Origin: a virus
Length of the DNA stretch: 64,000 nucleotides
Strand: one strand, 5' to 3'
Virus record (IMG/VR): IMGVR_UViG_3300010399_000033
Span: 32,001 to 96,000 of that record
Part shown: positions 1 through 9,048 of the stretch, one piece after another
How positions within the stretch are numbered: the first letter of the stretch is position 1
Layout of the letters: the number at the start of each line of letters is the position of its first letter
The notes under the pieces: model-generated
The model's database searches: none
The model's input: only the letters and a program-made list of their open reading frames with translations
Told to the model about the DNA's origin: nothing
Position numbers and translations under genes: made by a program

Positions 1-262
1 GCGCCATGCTGATCAGCTCACGCATGGACTCGACGCCGCTGTAAACCGCAGCTGCCACCTCGACGATGGCGGACGGTTCCGCACCGAGCTGCTTCGCCGC
101 AATGCGTGCCAGCGTGGTCTTGCCGGTGCCTGACGGGCCTGCCAGCACGTAGGAGTGCGAACTGTCGTCCTCGATCATCCCCTGCAGCGCGCGGACGATG
201 TCCTCATGTCCGTAAACTTCAGTATATTCGCTCGGCCGGTATTTGTCATGCAACGCGCTCAA
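1..262 (-). CDS. Clamp-loader AAA+ subunit (DnaX/RFC-like), N-terminal part, runs off the window
   Basis: Not in the ORF track. A TTG at 262 overlaps the polymerase stop and translates MSALHDKYRPSEYTEVYGHEDIV...YVLAGPSGTGKTTLARI, which has the KYRP motif and Walker A typical of DnaX/RFC. Confidence 0.88.
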   Translation of the reverse strand, partial: MSALHDKYRPSEYTEVYGHEDIVRALQGMIEDDSSHSYVLAGPSGTGKTTLARIAAKQLGAEPSAIVEVAAAVYSGVESMRELISMA

Positions 263-2841
263 AATGGGATCTCCTCGTCGTCGATCTGAGTGGGCGGCGG
301 TGCCAGCTCCGCACGCTTCTTCGGCGGAGGCTTCTTGACCTTGCCGTCCCACGTGTCGGATTCGTACTTGCCTACATCCTCCATATCGAACCAGTCATCG
401 CCAACCGACATCTCGACTGAGATCGGCACGACATGCGCCCACTCGAATGGAACGTCGAGCATTTCGGCAATCACGATGGGCGCCAGCTTATCGATGTCCT
501 GTGGCTGCCACCAGAATGTCAGGTCGTCGTGGATCATCAGGTTGGGGATCAGCCGCTCGTCCTCTCGCCGGGTCAGCCGCACCATGGCATCGCCGACGAT
601 CAGGACTTCATCGCTTTGGATCGGTGTGTTGATGATCTCGGTCCATGCGACCGGCGCCCACCGGCGGAACTCTGACCGGCCCGTGACGTATCCGGTCTCG
701 TGATAGCTGTCACGTGTCTTGTCCTGCCAGTTCTTGACATGCGGAAACGCAGCCAAGAACATCTCGGACACTTTGTAGCCAATTTCCTCGGGGATGCCGA
801 GATATCCGGCAACGGACTTCCCAGTTGCACCGAAAAACGTGGGGAACACGAACTTGTTCTTGGTCTCCTGTCGATACCATTTGAACAGCTTTGGATCGGT
901 GGCCAGCTTTGCGGCGCCTTCCTTGATCCATCGCGGATATAGCCGCACGATCTGCTCGCACCATTCGGCGTGCGTGTCGGTGCGATCCCAGAACGACTGG
1001 ATCAGCGCCTCGTCAAGCGACTCCATCGCGACATTGCGCGCCTGGATCTGTCCATAGTCAAACGACACGCATTTGTACCCAAGCTTCCGCATCATCTTGC
1101 GGACTTTTTTGAATTCGTTGTGCTTGGAATAATTCTGCGTGTTGGGCTCGGCGCTTGACGTCCGCCAAGTGCGGGTTCTGATCAGCTGCAACAGCTGGTG
1201 CAGCAATCCGTCAGGCCAAACACACGACGTCTCGCTCCCGACCATTGCCGGCAGCACGTAGGTCGACAGCGCCTTGTTGATATGACGCCAATCCACGGTC
1301 AGCTTCGCAAGCGGGTGGTCGACCTGTTCCAGACCTTCCTCGTCACTCACCTTGCCGGGGAAGTTGAGCATGCTCCCAAACAGGATGCTGGCATCCTGCG
1401 GAGCGACAGGCCGGTATGGGTGCCCAGTTCGCGTTTTGAAGTCGGATACAATCTCGAAGCTGGCAATCTCATCGCCAATCGCTTCCCTTTTTCCATGTAG
1501 CTCGCCGTGTATCTCGCTGACAACGTCCTGGTCGACCGGCACGCCCTTGAGCTGACAGAGCACCGCGGCCCGCTGCCGCTCCATGTGGTGATTGTAGACG
1601 TCACCAAGGCTCTGCTTGATGATAATCGCCTCTTGCTTCAGGAACAACAGCCGGTGGAACTTGGAGTCCATACCGTTGTAGCGCAACACCAGATCCAACG
1701 GCGTCTCGTCGAGCCGGGTGACGTCGACGTTGTTTATAGCTTTGATGTTGATCCCAAAGTGCTGCAGACACAGAAAGTCCAAGCTGAGGGTGCCGGGACG
1801 TCCGTCGAGTAGGAACGCCTGCGCCTGCGCGTCGTCCCACACCGTGTTGATGCACTCCCATCCGTAGAAATAAGCCAGGAACTCCATTTCCAGCGGAGAG
1901 AAGCAGATCTTTGCGCAGTCCGGACTCAGCAGGTATTCGACCAGCGCGCGTTCGACGCGTGCCGTGTCTTTCTGCGACCAAGCGCAGTCCCTGTGATAGA
2001 GCGGGAATGCGAATGTGCCGTCCTCGCTCGAAATGGACGCAGACAGGATGCATGCGTTCTCGTCGTATGGACGTGTCCGCGTGGTTTCGAGGTCGACGCC
2101 GTGAACCCCGCCGACGTCGCGCAAGGTTTGCAGGACGTTGATGGCCTCGTCCGGACTGGTTATCAGCTCAATGTCAGCAAGCGCATCCTCACGCGTCCAT
2201 ACGACGGGTTCGGGGAGTCCGGCATCCATCGCGTCGATCGCGTTCCGGATGTCGAGCTGAAACAAGAACAGCTGTTGCTCGTATAGATGCGGATTGTCCC
2301 GCACGTGCAGGACTCCTGCCGGATGCAACATAGGGAAGAACCAGCAGACGTGCTCACCGACGCGGATCGGCAGGCGACGGCCGCGCCACTTGGCGATTCC
2401 GTTCTGTCGTGTCGCCCAGTGCAACGGAACGTTCCCCATGCCCCAAATGATTGGAGGCTTGGTTCTCTCGATATCGGCAGCTACGCTGGGTCGACAGCAT
2501 TCAACCTCGGTCTCAGTCGGCGTCCGGTTCTTTGGTGGGCGCGTGCGAACCGCGTTGTTCCACCTCATATTGTCAATGAGGTCTTGCGTCAGCTCGCCGC
2601 GGAAAAGACGACCGGACTCGCCGATGAACTGTCGTCCTTCCCGGTCTTCATCTGCTCCAGGAGCTTCGCCTAGCGAATAGATCCACGGCTCCTCCGAGCC
2701 TGTGGCTTCCATGTGTGGATTGCGGTTTCCCGGCACGTGATTGAGCGGACACACGCCGCACTGGTGGCGGTGCAGGAACTCCGGCGAATAGCCGCGTGAC
2801 AAAGGCGACTCAGGCTTGTCCCCAAATACGAAGAACCCCAT
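259..2841 (-). CDS. Family A DNA polymerase with N-terminal family-4 uracil-DNA glycosylase-like domain and 3'-5' exonuclease (SPO1-like architecture)
   Basis: UDG motifs CGVCPL, GEAPGADEDREGRQFIGESG, HPAGVL; exonuclease DLETT and YNGMD; polymerase RTSSAEPNTQN, DYGQIQAR, RQETKNKFVFPTFFG, IHDDL. Confidence 0.95.
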   Translation of the reverse strand: MGFFVFGDKPESPLSRGYSPEFLHRHQCGVCPLNHVPGNRNPHMEATGSEEPWIYSLGEAPGADEDREGRQFIGESGRLFRGELTQDLIDNMRWNNAVRTRPPKNRTPTETEVECCRPSVAADIERTKPPIIWGMGNVPLHWATRQNGIAKWRGRRLPIRVGEHVCWFFPMLHPAGVLHVRDNPHLYEQQLFLFQLDIRNAIDAMDAGLPEPVVWTREDALADIELITSPDEAINVLQTLRDVGGVHGVDLETTRTRPYDENACILSASISSEDGTFAFPLYHRDCAWSQKDTARVERALVEYLLSPDCAKICFSPLEMEFLAYFYGWECINTVWDDAQAQAFLLDGRPGTLSLDFLCLQHFGINIKAINNVDVTRLDETPLDLVLRYNGMDSKFHRLLFLKQEAIIIKQSLGDVYNHHMERQRAAVLCQLKGVPVDQDVVSEIHGELHGKREAIGDEIASFEIVSDFKTRTGHPYRPVAPQDASILFGSMLNFPGKVSDEEGLEQVDHPLAKLTVDWRHINKALSTYVLPAMVGSETSCVWPDGLLHQLLQLIRTRTWRTSSAEPNTQNYSKHNEFKKVRKMMRKLGYKCVSFDYGQIQARNVAMESLDEALIQSFWDRTDTHAEWCEQIVRLYPRWIKEGAAKLATDPKLFKWYRQETKNKFVFPTFFGATGKSVAGYLGIPEEIGYKVSEMFLAAFPHVKNWQDKTRDSYHETGYVTGRSEFRRWAPVAWTEIINTPIQSDEVLIVGDAMVRLTRREDERLIPNLMIHDDLTFWWQPQDIDKLAPIVIAEMLDVPFEWAHVVPISVEMSVGDDWFDMEDVGKYESDTWDGKVKKPPPKKRAELAPPPTQIDDEEIPF

Positions 2842-3348
2842 TCACAGCGCCTCCCTTCGTATGATGCTTCGCACGAACTCCTTGTCCAGACAGCTGATGG
2901 ATGGGACGCCGCAGATCCGCTGGTGCCCCTCTCGGATGTCCCGGCGCGTGACATAGGCCTTGTCTGGAATGGGCGGAAGACGCCTCGGACCGCTTTTGGA
3001 GATCGGGACAGGAGTCCTTCCCGGAGACACCCAGCCGAGCCCGCGCCCACACGCCCGTTTGATGAACGTGTCCGAATGCACGGCGAGCGCCGCACGCGTC
3101 GTCTTGCCATCCTGCTGGAATCCACCGTGCTCGACGAGGATGTCGTCGTCGGTGATCGGCCGCACGATCAGCGCCGGCACCTTACCATTACTGTCCGGCA
3201 GGGTGCCATTGAGCACCATGACGTCGATCTCGACACCGGGCGCCACCAGGCCCCGGTGTTGATGATCCAGCAGACATAGGATGCCATCAAGCAGGCATAC
3301 TAAGGACTTGCTGCGCCCGACAACGGGCGTGATTCGGAGCATCTTCAT
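2842..3348 (-). CDS. Hypothetical protein
   Basis: ATG at 3348 overlaps the upstream stop (ATGA); its stop abuts the polymerase start. Confidence 0.7.
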   Translation of the reverse strand: MKMLRITPVVGRSKSLVCLLDGILCLLDHQHRGLVAPGVEIDVMVLNGTLPDSNGKVPALIVRPITDDDILVEHGGFQQDGKTTRAALAVHSDTFIKRACGRGLGWVSPGRTPVPISKSGPRRLPPIPDKAYVTRRDIREGHQRICGVPSISCLDKEFVRSIIRREAL

Positions 3349-4406
3349 GTCCCGCAGTTGGCGACCATGTACACGGACGACGGGCCATCCGTCGCGCGTT
3401 TCAGCACCGCGCAGCTGGGACCGAACATGATGCGGTTGAAGCGTTGGCAGCCTGCGAGGAGCACGCTGGCGTAAATATCGGTCTCGATGTCGGGGTGCCC
3501 CTTCAGCTGAAGCTCGTCGCTTGCCGAGCCGCGCTTGGACTCGACGGCGAGTGTGCATTTGCCGGCACGGATCCGCACCTTGGTCCGTTCCTCGGCACCC
3601 TTGATCGAGCTGATGCGCGAGAGCACACCCAGCGCGACGTTGAGCCGCTCGGGGATGTCGATCATGCCGCGGTCGACGTTCTTTGGCATGTGCGTGCGTA
3701 CCGCCGCTGCGAAGTCGAGCGGAGCCTTGGACTCCACTAGCTTTCCGAACAGGCGGACGTCACCGGATTGGAACAGCGCGTAGTTTGCGCCAAACGCGAT
3801 CTTCTTGTTATCTCCGCCACGCAAGCGGAGCATCTGCTCACAGAATGTCGGATTGAGGATCATCCGGCGATCAGCAGCGGTGGCCAATGGCAGCCGTGCG
3901 TGCGCGATGGTCTTCTTGTCAGTTGTGTAGAGATCGACGTCGCCGTCGCTGATGACCATGGTGATTCCGAGCTGGTCTGGCACCACAGCATATTTGCTGA
4001 CCGCTTGCAGGCAGTCCTCGATCGCAGTGAAGAAGTCGTCGTTCTGGAGGGCGGTCGCTGCATTCATCGCCGGCATCTTGAACACCGACGTTATCCGCTC
4101 CAACGGCAGCATTGCTAGCTTGACATCGGTCTTGCCGGCGCGGATGCGTACCGACGTCCCAGCCGGCGTGAGGTCGACGCCGCGCGTAGCATGCGTCGAG
4201 ATCGACAGCAGGTCCATCAGGATCTTGCCCGGAACCAGCCCCTTGAATTCGGTCTGCAGCGGAACGGTCATGCCAACCTTCTCGGAGAAGGTCACGACAT
4301 GCGTTCCGGTGAACGCAAAGTGCGTGAGTGCCGGAAGCAAGTCGTTCTCGGCGAGCGCCGGTGCGACGGAATTAAGCTTTTCGATCAGCAGCTCGCGTTC
4401 AATCAT
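3345..4406 (-). CDS. DNA polymerase III beta-like sliding clamp
   Basis: 353 aa. N-terminus IERELLIEKLNSVAPALAENDLLPALTHF and internal LYTTDKKTIA resemble DnaN; it lies next to the polymerase and clamp loader. Confidence 0.8.
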   Translation of the reverse strand: MIERELLIEKLNSVAPALAENDLLPALTHFAFTGTHVVTFSEKVGMTVPLQTEFKGLVPGKILMDLLSISTHATRGVDLTPAGTSVRIRAGKTDVKLAMLPLERITSVFKMPAMNAATALQNDDFFTAIEDCLQAVSKYAVVPDQLGITMVISDGDVDLYTTDKKTIAHARLPLATAADRRMILNPTFCEQMLRLRGGDNKKIAFGANYALFQSGDVRLFGKLVESKAPLDFAAAVRTHMPKNVDRGMIDIPERLNVALGVLSRISSIKGAEERTKVRIRAGKCTLAVESKRGSASDELQLKGHPDIETDIYASVLLAGCQRFNRIMFGPSCAVLKRATDGPSSVYMVANCGT

Positions 4407-4606
4407 TTCGTCTCCTTGGACCTTTCGTATTCCGCGATCTCCTCATCGAGTTCTGCGATGATCCCGTCGAGGGCTTGGTACTCGGCTTCCCACAAGATTG
4501 GATGCACGTCGCTCGGTCGCACAGACCGCGCATGCTTTGAGCGGGCGTGTGCAAACTTGCGACGCTGCTCACGCGTGATATTGAGCTGATGGTCGTTCGC
4601 TATCAT
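4403..4606 (-). CDS. Small hypothetical protein
   Basis: 67 aa, ATGA-coupled to the clamp gene. Confidence 0.6.
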   Translation of the reverse strand: MIANDHQLNITREQRRKFAHARSKHARSVRPSDVHPILWEAEYQALDGIIAELDEEIAEYERSKETK

Positions 4607-4628
4607 GGCGAATCGCTGAAAAAGAAGG

Positions 4629-4701
4629 GGCCAGTTGCAGGAGTTGAACCTGCATCTTCTGCTTACAAGGCAGTTGCTCTATCCAATTGAGCTAAACCGG
4701 C
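4629..4701 (-). tRNA. tRNA-Thr(UGU), CCA not encoded
   Basis: Reverse complement GCCGGTTTAGCTCAATTGGATAGAGCAACTGCCTTGTAAGCAGAAGATGCAGGTTCAACTCCTGCAACTGGCC folds as a cloverleaf with anticodon TGT and a GTTCAAC T-loop. Confidence 0.9.
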
Positions 4702-4723
4702 ACCTTCGGCCCGCCGCTCCGGG

Positions 4724-5380
4724 TCAGAGGCTGATGCCCTTGAGGTGTCCGCGCTCCTTGAGCATGCGCAAGGTGCTCAGGGTGGCCGACCGAATGGACG
4801 AGACGGTCAGCGGGGAGCACTTGACGCCGCGCTGGCGCAGATCGGTGTTGATGTCGGCGGAGGTCACCTGCGGGTTCTCGATCACGGCACGCCGGATGAT
4901 GGTGGGCGCGCCTTCGCTCTCACCGCCGGACTTGGTGCGCGGCGCGGCAGCCGGCTTCGCCGCCTTGGGCGGAGCTGCAGCCTTCTTGTTGCCGGCCGGC
5001 GCGGCGCCGTTGGCCTTGGCAGCCGCCTTCGCGACGGCCTTGGCGGCGCCGGACTTCGGCGGCGCGGTTCCCTTCTTCGCAGGCTTTGCGGGCTTCGCAG
5101 TGGTGGTCACGGTATCCTCGCTGATTTCTTCGGGTTGCTCCTCCGGCTCAGTAGCAGTTTCGCTGACGTCGGGGAAGTCCGGGATTGCCTTCCCGTCATT
5201 GTAGAGCGGAGACGCGGCATTGAACCAGTTCTGTGCCGGTTCCGACAGCTGCTTCCACTTGTCGTCCGGAACGCCGTCAAGCGCGTGCAGCACGGCCTCC
5301 AGGAACTTGACGCGATCCTTTCGCAGCTTGACTCCGGTGACTGCGATGACTTCCTGCTCGATCGTCTGTGGAGTGGTCAT
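4724..5380 (-). CDS. Putative DNA-binding protein with histone H1-like Pro/Ala/Lys-rich linker
   Basis: AKPAKPAKKG...AAAPPKAAKPAAAP segment between two globular parts; AGGAG RBS. Confidence 0.7.
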   Translation of the reverse strand: MTTPQTIEQEVIAVTGVKLRKDRVKFLEAVLHALDGVPDDKWKQLSEPAQNWFNAASPLYNDGKAIPDFPDVSETATEPEEQPEEISEDTVTTTAKPAKPAKKGTAPPKSGAAKAVAKAAAKANGAAPAGNKKAAAPPKAAKPAAAPRTKSGGESEGAPTIIRRAVIENPQVTSADINTDLRQRGVKCSPLTVSSIRSATLSTLRMLKERGHLKGISL

Positions 5381-6110
5381 TTCGCTTGCTCTCCTGCTTC
5401 CTGAACATATCGGTGTATTCCGTGCCCTGCTGGTACAGCACTTCAGCTGACCAGCCTAGTCGATGACTCCCGGCGGTCCCCTTGATCGTTGAGAAGGGAA
5501 CGAATGGAAGCCAATCGGCGTCCGGGCCTTCACACACATGGACAAATCCCTTGCGGCTGCGACACCACGCAGCCAATGCGGCGTAATCGACCTCGTTGTG
5601 CTTGTAGTAACGCCCTGGCCGCCCTTGGTATGGCGGGTCGATATGCCAGTGCGCATCCGTATTGTCCATATCAGCATAGCTTCCATGGACGATTTTCCAG
5701 TGGCGGATCTTGTCCACCTGTGACGCGATCCGGCCGCGAGCACGCGGGCCCCAGAACCGCTCGCGAAAGGTCTTTCCCCATACCGACCGCGCATTGGCCG
5801 GCGCCGCGTTTCCATGGTTCAGGTTGAACCCGACCAGCCACTTCGCCTCCTGCGGCGTTCCTGCTGGCAGCTCGTTGACATGGTCGACAATGGGTAGCTT
5901 CATGATCTCGTCTGCTGACGTCCGATGCATGTACGCCCAAACGCCGTAGATTACCGGGTCGATCTCGACGATCGTGACCTGTCTCGGTTCCCAATAGCAG
6001 CTATAGCACGCTGATCCGGCGAAAGGCTCGATGACGTGGTCACGCTGCGGCGGGCCGAGGCGCCGCGCCATCTTGTACTTAGCTCCGTAGTAGTTCCACA
6101 TCGGTTTCAT
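5277..6110 (-). CDS. DNA N6-adenine methyltransferase (D12/Dam-like)
   Basis: YYGAK, IEPFAGSA (motif I), IDPPY (motif IV). The ATG at 6110 is coupled to the upstream stop. The C-terminus overlaps the next gene by about 100 nt. Confidence 0.85.
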   Translation of the reverse strand: MKPMWNYYGAKYKMARRLGPPQRDHVIEPFAGSACYSCYWEPRQVTIVEIDPVIYGVWAYMHRTSADEIMKLPIVDHVNELPAGTPQEAKWLVGFNLNHGNAAPANARSVWGKTFRERFWGPRARGRIASQVDKIRHWKIVHGSYADMDNTDAHWHIDPPYQGRPGRYYKHNEVDYAALAAWCRSRKGFVHVCEGPDADWLPFVPFSTIKGTAGSHRLGWSAEVLYQQGTEYTDMFRKQESKRNDHSTDDRAGSHRSHRSQAAKGSRQVPGGRAARA

Positions 6111-6532
6111 CGTGTTTTCCTGAAGTTCCCGTTGACGATGTTCCATACATGGACGGAGCTAACACCATATTTCTTCCCCAGCGCAATCACGCCTCGCCCG
6201 ACGACTCCCTTCTTATACTCACGACGAAGAGCTTTTACAATACTGATTGGCACACTTGGTCTGCGCCCCGACGTCGTACGTTGCTGCATGTTGGCTTTGT
6301 GCGTGATGATGATCACGTTTTCACGCGAGTACGGACCGACGTCCCCTCTCCGGGCCATCACGTAGCATCCAGAACGACACCCGCGCTTTTCCAGTTTCCC
6401 CGACTCCTGCCAGATCGATAGCCATTCCTCAAACGTGAGCAAGAACGGAATGTTTCGACGCCTTGCTGACTGCCGCTGCGCTTTGAACGCGTCGAGCAGT
6501 GGGTTGGCGGAGTCAGCGAGACGCGTAGTCAA
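6107..6532 (-). CDS. HNH-like homing endonuclease family protein with C-terminal HTH
   Basis: QRQSARRRNIPFLLTFEEWLSIW...MARRGDVGPYSRENV core; TTG start after GAGGAG; paralogue at 26235-26711. Confidence 0.65.
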   Translation of the reverse strand: MTTRLADSANPLLDAFKAQRQSARRRNIPFLLTFEEWLSIWQESGKLEKRGCRSGCYVMARRGDVGPYSRENVIIITHKANMQQRTTSGRRPSVPISIVKALRREYKKGVVGRGVIALGKKYGVSSVHVWNIVNGNFRKTR

Positions 6533-7224
6533 AGCGCAAGCTCCTCGCCTGGTCGCAGATGCGCGAGCAAGCGCGATCGCAGATCGAACTGGGTGGGATC
6601 GAGTCCGGCGATGCGACACAGCCACTCGTTCGTTGTCTCGCGCCGAGTCATCCGTGTCGGGCCAGCAGACCCGGATATCATCCTTGGGCGTCGGGGAGAC
6701 CCCGACATTCGGCGCCGGCATGGACTGCCGGTCAGTTCGGGGTGCTGCACGATCTCTACGATCAGCTTGCGAACGTCGACCGGCGCCTCGCTGATCAGGA
6801 TGGCCTCGTCGGCGGCGGGATCAACGTGCCCACCACCCGCGATGCTGACGTCCTCGACGCACTCCTCGGTGACGGCGATCTCCTCGCCGCATGCGTGCGA
6901 GAACCAGTGACCGGCGCTGCGCTTGTTGGCCATCTGGTGGACATGGTTGATGTATGTGCGCTGGAACAAGCTCATGATGTGCCGCATCTCGGCGATGTCG
7001 GCGTAGCGGCGTCGAACGTGCCACCAGCACATCAGCCCATCCTGGATCAGGTCATCCAGTTCGTACCATGCGGCGACCCGCCAGAAGTTTTTGCGTGCGT
7101 ATTTGATCATCCACCTGCGCGCGCTCTCATCGATGTCGAGCGCGGACGTCCGCTCCTGCGGACACACGGTGCCTGGGTTTTTCATGGAAGTGGGGAGCCC
7201 TCTACCCGGAAAGGATTTGTCCAT
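6529..7224 (-). CDS. Sigma70 region-2-like phage transcription factor
   Basis: IKYARKNFWRVAAWYELDDLIQDGLMCWW resembles sigma region 2 (DLIQEG). Confidence 0.55.
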   Translation of the reverse strand: MDKSFPGRGLPTSMKNPGTVCPQERTSALDIDESARRWMIKYARKNFWRVAAWYELDDLIQDGLMCWWHVRRRYADIAEMRHIMSLFQRTYINHVHQMANKRSAGHWFSHACGEEIAVTEECVEDVSIAGGGHVDPAADEAILISEAPVDVRKLIVEIVQHPELTGSPCRRRMSGSPRRPRMISGSAGPTRMTRRETTNEWLCRIAGLDPTQFDLRSRLLAHLRPGEELAL

Positions 7225-7232
7225 ATTGCCTG

Positions 7233-8231
7233 TTACGTGCGATTCGTCAAGCTGTAGCGTTGCGTAAATTGCAGGAAATTTTTTCGGCTGAAATCTCCGG
7301 GGTCCTTGATGTTACCTTGTAACGTCGCCACCTCGGCAAGGTGCGACAAAGCCGCATAAATCCGCATTGCTGTGGCGGTTGTGCCGCGATCAGTCAGGAT
7401 CATCCGGCGTTGGAATCGCGGAAGGATGTCGCAGAATAAGCCGATCTGCTCATCGCTCGGTTGGGCGGTGAAGAAGCACGTCGACACGATTCCGCACTCC
7501 TCCCCGAGAACGTTGACCTTCAGTGCGTCGAACGGGCCCTCGACCAGGATGATGGTATCGGCGTCTGTCTTACGCAGCCGGTCGAGCCACATCACGAAGT
7601 CGGTGACACGTGGCATGTCGTCGCCGTCTGACGCCTTATAGCGCAGCTCCTCGCCCTGAGCGATGGTGCGCCCGGTCCACCCGACAAGACGTCCTTCGTG
7701 CCGGACCGTGAACACGATCCGATAGCGCTGGTCGCCGAACAGCGCGTAGTAGATCCCGTAATCGTCGGTCATGCGCATGACCTGCGCGCGCGTGAATCCG
7801 CGCCCTCTCTGCTCGATCGGGCGGGTCAGGTAGTCGACGAATTTTGCCGCCATCGGGCTGCCGTCAAGCCTCCGGAAGTCGGACGGCAGCGCGATCTCGC
7901 GCCAAGGTTCCGGCGGAGGTGGTCGGAGGATCGCCGCGACCTTCGATGCCAGCGATTCGGACGCCACGCCTGCGTACGGACGCCCCACAATGCGCGAAGC
8001 GTCTTCGATGCTGCATCCTGCCAGCGCCGCCACCAGGCGCACCGGTGAGCGTCCTCGGTGCTCTGCGCTATTCCGCCAGCAATGCCACCCCCGTCCTTCC
8101 AGGTCGATCGCGAGCAGGAAGGACTCACTACCTGCGCACCATGGGCAGGAAACGCGGACCGTCCGCCTGCCCTCGGGCCGGTGGTCGATGCCGCGTTGCC
8201 GCAAAAAGTCGAGCCAGCTGAACTCAGGCAT
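7233..8231 (-). CDS. DNA primase (Zn finger plus TOPRIM)
   Basis: CPWC...HCWR zinc finger, VGWTGR, TOPRIM LVEGPFDAL, KDPGD. Confidence 0.88.
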   Translation of the reverse strand: MPEFSWLDFLRQRGIDHRPEGRRTVRVSCPWCAGSESFLLAIDLEGRGWHCWRNSAEHRGRSPVRLVAALAGCSIEDASRIVGRPYAGVASESLASKVAAILRPPPPEPWREIALPSDFRRLDGSPMAAKFVDYLTRPIEQRGRGFTRAQVMRMTDDYGIYYALFGDQRYRIVFTVRHEGRLVGWTGRTIAQGEELRYKASDGDDMPRVTDFVMWLDRLRKTDADTIILVEGPFDALKVNVLGEECGIVSTCFFTAQPSDEQIGLFCDILPRFQRRMILTDRGTTATAMRIYAALSHLAEVATLQGNIKDPGDFSRKNFLQFTQRYSLTNRT

Positions 8232-8643
8232 TTTTCTTGCGCTTGCGGAGTGCGGCTTTGATTTCCTTCAGCACTCCTGCATATCGTTTCTCATCGTAGT
8301 GGCACGGAAGTGAAAACCTTGCGCGCTGTATATTTGTGATGTCAGATTCGGTCAGCGATCTATCCCACTCTTCTGCGCTATGCGCCTTCTTGGTTTTCTC
8401 GACCACTCGTTGGCTCAGGGCGTTGACATCTGCAAAAGGATCGCCCTTATCATCAAGCCCCGCTGCGCGGAACAGGGCGATCTTGGCGACCTCCAGCTGT
8501 TTATTCTGCCGCTCGTATCGGTCCCACGCGCGTTTGGGCACATTGCGGATGAGTCCGTATTCATCGGTCGCTCTGGTTGGGAAAACTTGATAAGCTTCGC
8601 CATAATCGAAGCGCACAGCTACGGTTCCGATTTTCTTTGTCAT
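8224..8643 (-). CDS. Hypothetical protein
   Basis: ATG at 8643 (MTKKIG) with GAGGGG RBS, co-directional packing. Confidence 0.65.
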   Translation of the reverse strand: MTKKIGTVAVRFDYGEAYQVFPTRATDEYGLIRNVPKRAWDRYERQNKQLEVAKIALFRAAGLDDKGDPFADVNALSQRVVEKTKKAHSAEEWDRSLTESDITNIQRARFSLPCHYDEKRYAGVLKEIKAALRKRKKNA

Positions 8644-8653
8644 TGGTTCCCCC

Positions 8654-8950
8654 TCAGTCCATCCGGCAGATCTCGAACGAGCGATCCGGCTGCATGACCA
8701 TGACCCACGAACTCGGATAGAACAGGATCCGCTCGTCGCGCAGCTTTGTCTCCGCGAGCGGTGCCATACGCGGGTCGCCCGGGTATTTGATCGTGTCGTC
8801 GTCGCGCAGCTGGAAGCCCTGAAACGCCCTCCATCCATAATGTGCGTCGAACTGCTCGCGCGCCGAGCGCGGGTCGTCCTCGGACAGAAACCCCGGGAGA
8901 TATCCGAGATGTTCCATGGTCATCCGCGGGTCGTGGAATATCCAGATCAT
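8654..8950 (-). CDS. Hypothetical phage protein
   Basis: 98 aa, GGAGG RBS, protein-like composition (YPGDP). Confidence 0.7.
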   Translation of the reverse strand: MIWIFHDPRMTMEHLGYLPGFLSEDDPRSAREQFDAHYGWRAFQGFQLRDDDTIKYPGDPRMAPLAETKLRDERILFYPSSWVMVMQPDRSFEICRMD

Positions 8951-9048
8951 GACTTCCTCCGGGTTGGATATGTCCGCTCAAGCCAAAGGCCGAACGCAAC
9001 TCCAAAGGCGAAGCCACATATCCAGATGGAAACGATAAATTCGGTCAT
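8947..9048 (-). CDS. 33-aa single-TM peptide
   Basis: Not in the ORF track. MTEFIVSIWICGFAFGVAFGLWLERTYPTRRKS, with ATGA overlaps at both ends. Confidence 0.6.
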   Translation of the reverse strand: MTEFIVSIWICGFAFGVAFGLWLERTYPTRRKS

